Source of the DNA: Myxococcales bacterium
Lineage (GTDB): Bacteria > Myxococcota_A > UBA9042 > JABWCM01 > BTVJ01
Direction: 5' to 3'
DNA: 21,733 nucleotides
Assembly: GCA_045863395.1 (NCBI GenBank)
Contig: BTVJ01000110.1
Span: 1 to 21,733, forward strand
Every line of letters starts with the position of its first letter. The first letter of the stretch is position 1. A program made the translations under genes and the position numbers. Shown piece after piece: positions 16,941 to 21,733 of this stretch. Under the pieces are notes generated by a model. It was not told where the DNA came from. It worked only from the letters and a program-made list of their open reading frames with translations, and did no database searches.

Positions 16941-17888
16941 TCACTCCACGGTAAAGGAGGTGATGCCCTTGCCCTGCTCAGAGACCAGCTTGAGGCAGGT
17001 CTCCTTGGCGTCGGGCTTGGAAGGACAGTCGAGGTCCGTCGCGAGGTAGACCGCGAAGGCCTCGTCGGTGCCGCCGCCTTGAGAGCCCAGCTCGTAGACG
17101 GTGATCTTCCAGCCCGGCCCGATGGCGTTCTTCCCCGGGAAGGTGCCCACGACCCACCCGCCCCCAAGGGAGAGCTGGTCGCTGCCCGGCGGGCCCAAGG
17201 TGACCCCTGCGTCCGTGTAGCCGTTGCTGCAGGGCTGGGTGCCCGGGTTGGCCTTCACGTCCACCCAGTTGCCGACGAGCTGACCGGCCGGGGTGTAGAG
17301 GTCCGCACCCGTGATGTCGGCGCCCGGCGAGCTGGACCCGCTGCACGTGCCGCTCCACCGGTCCTCTACATAGACGGCGGAGTAGACGACGGGCTCGACC
17401 GGCGGGACACAGGCCCCATCGACGCAGGCGGTGTTGGTGCACGTGCCGCAGGTGCCGCCGCAGCCGTCCGGCCCGCACTGCTTGCCGGAGCAGTCCGGGG
17501 CGCAGACACACGCGCCGTCGATGCAGAGCTCGGCGCAGTCCTGCACCTTGGACCAGGCGCCGCTGAAGCAGACCCAGGAGGCGCCGCCGATGCAGCGGGT
17601 AGCCCCCTCCTCGCAGCCCAGGGGGCCGGCGTCGAGGGTGACGGTGTCCTCCTGGATGTCCGCGGTGGCGTCTTGGGCGGCGTCGGGCGGGGTGACGTCA
17701 CCCGGGGGGACGTCGAGTGGAGGGCCCGCGTCGGTGGAGGCGTCGGCACCGCTCCCGTCATCGGGCCCGCCGATGCCCACGATGTCTCCGGGAGCGACCC
17801 CGCCGGGAACGTCGGCCCCTTCGACGAAGGTGCCGCCCTTGCCGCTGTCACAGGCGACCAGCGCCAGAATGATCGCGAACCGTCTCAC
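16941..17888 (-). CDS. Cys-rich lipoprotein of unknown function
   Basis: GTG start with GGAGGAG RBS; lipobox LVAC; Asp/Ala/Pro linker; CGPDGCGGTCG repeat; globular C-terminal domain. Ends 4 nt before the next gene. Confidence 0.8.
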   Translation of the reverse strand: MRRFAIILALVACDSGKGGTFVEGADVPGGVAPGDIVGIGGPDDGSGADASTDAGPPLDVPPGDVTPPDAAQDATADIQEDTVTLDAGPLGCEEGATRCIGGASWVCFSGAWSKVQDCAELCIDGACVCAPDCSGKQCGPDGCGGTCGTCTNTACVDGACVPPVEPVVYSAVYVEDRWSGTCSGSSSPGADITGADLYTPAGQLVGNWVDVKANPGTQPCSNGYTDAGVTLGPPGSDQLSLGGGWVVGTFPGKNAIGPGWKITVYELGSQGGGTDEAFAVYLATDLDCPSKPDAKETCLKLVSEQGKGITSFTVE

Positions 17889-17994
17889 TACGCGCTCCTC
17901 CCTGTGCCCCCCCAGGACCCGCACGATGATACCGAGGGCGGCGCTCCTTTCCAGTGTCCGCGTGATTCCGGCTCGGAATGTGGGGCCGTGACGC

Positions 17995-18816
17995 TCAGAA
18001 GTCGGCCGGTGGATCCTCGAGCAGGGTCTTCAAGGTGCGGGCCAGCAGCCCCCCGTGGTAGCCGTCGATGACGCGGTGGTCGAAGGTGCCCGTGATGGTG
18101 ACCACGGGCCGGATGACCACCTGCCCGTTGCGGACGACGGGCCTGTCCTCCAGGGCGCCAACGAGGATGAGGGCCGGACAGCGGCTCGGGGGGAAGATCG
18201 GGGCGAAGCCCACCCGGATACCGAACATGCCGACGCTGGTCACCATGGCACTGCCGAAGGGGTCGCGCGGGAGGCCGAGGAGCCGCCCGTCGAGGTTCAG
18301 CGTGTAGGTGAGCCAGCCCATCAGGAGCGTGACGGGCCGCATGAGGAAGGCGGGGACGCTGGCGATGCGCTTCTTGGAGGAGCGCATCTCTCGATCTTCG
18401 CCGTTGCGGATTCCGCGGGCGCGGAGCGCGATCTCGGCGGCGATGTCGGCGAGGGGCTTGGTGTCTGCCCGCTCGATCTTGCAGCCGGACAGGTCGGGGC
18501 TCTGGCCGTCCTCCACGACCGCGACCTGCAGGAAGATGTCCACGTCCCGGCGCTCGTAGATGCGCCCCCACCGCACGATGACGTTCAGGTCCGGGTGCTC
18601 GCGCAGCGCAAGGGCGAGGGCGCGCGCGACGGCGTGGGTCAGCGTGATGCGACGCCCGGAGGAGGCGCTGAGCTGGTCGAGGACGGGGAGCAGTCGCGAG
18701 ACATCCACGTCCAGCATCCCATAGATGGTGGGGTCGTCAGGCGGCGCCCAGGCAGCGACGCTCATCTTGCGCCAGGTGCTGAGCCGGGTGGCCTTTCGGA
18801 GGACGATGTTCGGCAT
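17995..18816 (-). CDS. Stand-alone 2-oxoacid dehydrogenase E2-type acyltransferase catalytic domain
   Basis: LSTWRK, HPDLN, VTSVGMFG and catalytic FDHRVIDG; no lipoyl or E3-binding domain. Confidence 0.88.
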   Translation of the reverse strand: MPNIVLRKATRLSTWRKMSVAAWAPPDDPTIYGMLDVDVSRLLPVLDQLSASSGRRITLTHAVARALALALREHPDLNVIVRWGRIYERRDVDIFLQVAVVEDGQSPDLSGCKIERADTKPLADIAAEIALRARGIRNGEDREMRSSKKRIASVPAFLMRPVTLLMGWLTYTLNLDGRLLGLPRDPFGSAMVTSVGMFGIRVGFAPIFPPSRCPALILVGALEDRPVVRNGQVVIRPVVTITGTFDHRVIDGYHGGLLARTLKTLLEDPPADF

Positions 18817-18823
18817 GGGGGCG

Positions 18824-18852
18824 ATTATGGGCGCCTTTCGGGGGAAGGGCAA
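18824..18852 (-). promoter_or_regulatory. Sigma-70-type promoter TTGCCC-N17-CATAAT, probably giving a leaderless E2-domain mRNA
   Basis: The -10 box ends 7 nt upstream of the ATG at 18816; no Shine-Dalgarno sequence is present. Confidence 0.6.
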
Positions 18853-18914
18853 CTGGGGAGTGAGAGGAGCAGGCGATGCGGGACGTGGGAGCGGTCGCAG
18901 AGAAGAATTGTGGG

Positions 18915-18944
18915 TTGACCAATTTGCCCGAGTCGACCTATAAC
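18915..18944 (+). promoter_or_regulatory. Near-consensus sigma-70 promoter TTGACC-N18-TATAAC pointing into the 3' end of the integrase genes
   Basis: 5/6 matches at both hexamers, within an AT-rich patch of an otherwise very GC-rich window. Confidence 0.5.
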
Positions 18945-19048
18945 CGTTCCATTCGCTTGCCAGAAGTGGGGTGCTCCGGGTGGAAGGACGCACGACCAGG
19001 GACACGACGGGGACGGCGCTGTGGAGCGGGGTCGCGGCTGCGTGGCGC

Positions 19049-19996
19049 TCACCGGTCCAGGGGGCTGACCACGCCCAGGGGTCCCCGTCGCACCACGTGC
19101 GTGTAGATCATGGTGGTCTTGAGGCTCCGGTGCCCCAGCAGAGACTGGATGACCCGGATGTCCGTCCCCGCCTCCAGCAGGTGCGTCGCGAAGCTGTGGC
19201 GCAGGGTGTGGGCGCCAGCCTTCTTGTCGATGCCCACGGCGACTACGGCGTCGTGCACGCTCGACTGCACGCCCCGCTTCCCGATGCAGGGTCGCCGCGA
19301 CCCTCCGGTGTCGTCGGTCTCGAGGCCGTCCGCTGGGAACACCCACTGCCAGGTCAGCTCCCGCGCGGCGTTCGGGTACTTCTGCCCGAGGGCGTGCGGA
19401 AGCTCGATGGGGCCGACCCCTGCGGCGAGGTCCTGGCGGAGCGTCGCCGCGACGGACTCGATCTGCGCTCGCAGGGCGGGGACGAGGGTGCGGGGAAGCA
19501 GCGTCACCCGGTCCACCTGCCCCTTCCCCCGGCGCACGATGATCTGCCCCCGCCCGAAGTCCACATCCTGCACACGGAGCCGCGCACACTCACCGAGTCG
19601 GAGGCCGGACCCGTACAGCACCCGAGCCGGACTCTCGTGGGGCGGAGCCACGTGGTCGAGGACCGCGGCCACCTCGTGCGGGTCCAGTACGACGGGGAGA
19701 CGACGCGGCTTGTTAGAGCACGGGAAGGATTGCAGGTCGCCGAGGTCGATCTCCAGCACGTGCCGGTAGAAGAACAAGATGGCGCACAGCGCCTGGTTCT
19801 GCGTGGACGCGGCGAGGCGTCGCTCGACGACCAGGTGTGTCAAGAAGGCGGTGACATCGTCGGGCCCCAGGCCACGCGGGTGCTTCAGGTCGTGGAAGCA
19901 GATGTACCGCCGCGCCCACTCCACGTAGGCCTCCTCGGTGGCCTTCGCGTAGTGGCGCCGGCGCAGCACGGCACGCAGTCTCTCCAGCAGCTTCAT
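19049..19996 (-). CDS. intI: Integron integrase, catalytically complete copy
   Basis: N-terminal SAM-like domain (STQNQAL); R (YGSGLRLGE), K (RRGKG), HxxR (HTLRHSFA), LGH and Y (TMIYTHV); integron patch LPHALGQKYP...WQWVFP; C-terminal SPLD. Confidence 0.93.
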   Translation of the reverse strand: MKLLERLRAVLRRRHYAKATEEAYVEWARRYICFHDLKHPRGLGPDDVTAFLTHLVVERRLAASTQNQALCAILFFYRHVLEIDLGDLQSFPCSNKPRRLPVVLDPHEVAAVLDHVAPPHESPARVLYGSGLRLGECARLRVQDVDFGRGQIIVRRGKGQVDRVTLLPRTLVPALRAQIESVAATLRQDLAAGVGPIELPHALGQKYPNAARELTWQWVFPADGLETDDTGGSRRPCIGKRGVQSSVHDAVVAVGIDKKAGAHTLRHSFATHLLEAGTDIRVIQSLLGHRSLKTTMIYTHVVRRGPLGVVSPLDR

Positions 19997-20008
19997 GGGA
20001 CCCTCCGC

Positions 20009-20995
20009 TCAGAGTGGGAGCCCGCGGGCGGCGCGCTGGCTCATGGGGAGCCCGTCCAGCGGACTGTTGGGGGAGTTCTGGGCCTTTGCAGCGACCTGCT
20101 CGTAGACCATCGTGGTGCTCACGCTCTGGTGCCCGAGCAGAGTCTGGACGGTACGAACGTTGGACCCGCCCTCGATGAGGTGGGCAGCGAAGCTGTGCCG
20201 CAGGGTCAGGCAGCTCGCGCGCTTGGGTATTGCAGCGTCGATGACCGCCTTCCGCGCGGCCCTCTGCATGGCCGACGGGTCGATGTGCCAGCGCCGGCGC
20301 ACCCCCGATGCGGGATCCACGCTGATCCGAGACGCGGGAAACAGCCACTGCCAGCCGAGCTTCCGCTCCTCGTCACCGCGGCGACCACCGAAGCTCCGGG
20401 GCAGCGGCGCCGTGCCAAAGCCGGCGCGCAGGTCGTCCCCGTGGATTCGTGCGACCTCCTCGATCTGCGTAGTGAGGGGGCCGACAAGGGCGTCGGGCAA
20501 CAGGGTCGCGTGATGCACCTCCCCCCGCTCGTCACGGACCATTGTCTGCCTCTGAGCAAAGTCGAGGTCCCGCACCCGCAGCCCGACGCACTCGGCCAGG
20601 TGCAGCCCGGCGCCGTAGATCAGCCGCCCCATCAGCCCGTAAGCCTTGGGCAGGCGCTCGATGACCGCGAACACCTCGTCCCGGGTGAGCACGACAGGCA
20701 GATTCCGCGCCTTCTTGGCGAAGGCGGTGGAGTCGAGACCCAGGTCGATACCGAGCACCTCCCGGTACAGGAACAGGACGGCGCACAGAGCTTGGTTCTG
20801 GGTAGAGGACGCCACGGTTCGCTCGATGGCCAGGTACTCGATCCACGCGAGCACCTCAGCCTTCCCCATGGTGGCGGGGTGCCGGATACCGTGGAACCGG
20901 ATGAACCGGAGGATCCACCGAACGTAGGTGTCCTCCGTGGTAGCCGAGTACTCCTTGGCTCGCAGCACCGCGCGCACCCGATCCATCAACTTCAT
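20009..20995 (-). CDS. intI: Integron integrase paralogue, intact ORF but predicted catalytically inactive
   Basis: ATG at 20995 with GGAGG RBS; same architecture ([40 protein letters not shown]), but YGAGLHLAE (R>H), RDERG (K>R) and CLTLRH (H>L). Confidence 0.88.
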   Translation of the reverse strand: MKLMDRVRAVLRAKEYSATTEDTYVRWILRFIRFHGIRHPATMGKAEVLAWIEYLAIERTVASSTQNQALCAVLFLYREVLGIDLGLDSTAFAKKARNLPVVLTRDEVFAVIERLPKAYGLMGRLIYGAGLHLAECVGLRVRDLDFAQRQTMVRDERGEVHHATLLPDALVGPLTTQIEEVARIHGDDLRAGFGTAPLPRSFGGRRGDEERKLGWQWLFPASRISVDPASGVRRRWHIDPSAMQRAARKAVIDAAIPKRASCLTLRHSFAAHLIEGGSNVRTVQTLLGHQSVSTTMVYEQVAAKAQNSPNSPLDGLPMSQRAARGLPL

Positions 20996-21175
20996 TGCGT
21001 CCTCCACTGGCAGTCTGTGGCGCGGCCCGCTTCGGCTCCCGTCGGGCGACGCTGCGGACTTTTTTCACGACGCAGGCCGCGCCCGTCACTTTCGGGGCGC
21101 CGCACGGGTCTATCGACGCGCCCGAGGCGCGGGTCCGGCGCAATTACCGTGCGGTGGTCGAGAGCCATTGGAGCA

Positions 21176-21194
21176 CCCCATAGGTCAGTTCGCC
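21176..21194 (+). other. Candidate attI simple site CCCCATA-GGTCA-GTTCGCC
   Basis: 7-5-7 layout ending in a GTT core, about 190 nt upstream of the integrase starts and divergent from them, as expected for attI. attI sites are poorly conserved, so this is tentative. Confidence 0.35.
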
Positions 21195-21616
21195 CGGTGT
21201 CGGCATCAGCGTCCGCGCCGACTACGGCGGCCCCCTCCGCACCGTGCCGGCCCACCACCGCCACACCAGAGCACCTCCACCATTACGACGGCGAGCTCGC
21301 AGTAGAACACCACCAGGTCCAGCAGATGTATTGCAGCGAATCCGGCAAGGATCGCCCGAGGCACCGAGGTCGCTCCACTGGCACCGGCACCCGCCCTGAG
21401 CGGCTCGTGCACCACACTGCCATAAACGGTCTCTACAGCGGCTTCCACGGCAGCAGCGCAGCACAACCGCCTCCACGTCGTTCTTCCACTGCCGGAAACG
21501 CAGCGGCCGACGCCACGCTGCGGGCTTCCACTGCGGCTTCGCAGCGAGAGAGGTCACGGCGCTGCAGCCAGGTCGGCGACACGCCGAGCAGTGCCGCGGC
21601 CCTCCGTGCTTCCACC

Positions 21617-21671
21617 ACCGTACTGTTTGCGGCTTGTACTGCGGGGGCTGCCGCTGAAAGCATAGTTCGGT
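21617..21671 (+). other. Degenerate attC-like hairpin, or a second simple site (ACCGTAC...GCGGC-loop-GCCGCTGAAAGCATA-GTTCGGT)
   Basis: The ends are near-inverted (ACCGTAC vs GTTCGGT, 1 mismatch) with an inner GCGGC/GCCGC stem. The left arm is 5 nt short and has TAC instead of AAC. Confidence 0.3.
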
Positions 21672-21733
21672 CCCTAATCGCGACGGAATGGTGGCGTTGC
21701 GACATACCGCGCTTCGGCCGAGGACAACGTGGG

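Noticed and set aside
860..18918. Many long antisense or alternate-frame ORFs (e.g. 860..2863 -, 5646..7172 +, 9966..13361 -, 12173..13480 +, 14780..15985 +)
   Set aside because: Shadow ORFs typical of high-GC coding DNA; Arg/Gly/Pro-rich, without motifs, and overlapping well-supported genes.
20009..20995. Calling the upstream integrase a pseudogene
   Set aside because: Full-length ORF with a good RBS and conserved structural motifs; changes concentrate in catalytic positions.
20996..21175. LexA box in the integrase promoter region
   Set aside because: No CTGT-N8-ACAG or other recognisable SOS box was seen; SOS control cannot be supported.
21421..21671. Long attC pairing CATAAAC-GGTCT-CTACAGCGGC with GCCGCTGAAAGCATAGTT
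   Set aside because: About 250 nt is longer than typical attC sites and the R boxes do not complement beyond AAC/GTT.
21206..21705. Short minus-strand ORFs (86-111 aa) upstream of the integrases
   Set aside because: Mutually overlapping in different frames, with no RBS or recognisable motifs.

Overview
High-GC bacterial window, probably Myxococcota-like (MYXO-CTERM-type sorting tail, Cys-rich repeat proteins, Asp/Ala-rich lipoprotein linkers). Left: a + strand anaerobic respiration operon (collagen-repeat triheme cytochrome c truncated by the window edge, Tat-exported TtrA-like Mo/W-bisPGD catalytic subunit, 4Fe-4S subunit, TorD chaperone, polyferredoxin). It converges on a three-gene regulator made of an AioX/ArxX/ArrX-like periplasmic oxyanion-binding protein, a sensor kinase and a sigma-54 activator. 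Middle: sulfite-oxidase/MsrP-like Mo enzyme plus PepSY-TM protein, PvdQ-like Ntn acylase lipoprotein plus TerB-like protein, a nucleotidyltransferase with a small partner, two Cys-rich surface proteins and a stand-alone E2 acyltransferase domain. Right: two tandem, co-oriented integron integrase paralogues followed by a non-coding region with candidate att sites. The most striking signal is this integrase pair. The downstream copy has all catalytic residues, while the upstream copy is an intact ORF with three catalytic residues replaced. The two copies have reciprocally kept the integron-specific motifs associated with the attacking (KY..W) and non-attacking (DP..RRxH) subunits, suggesting a heteromeric, subfunctionalised integron recombinase. 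All assignments are from motif recognition by eye; no searches were run.
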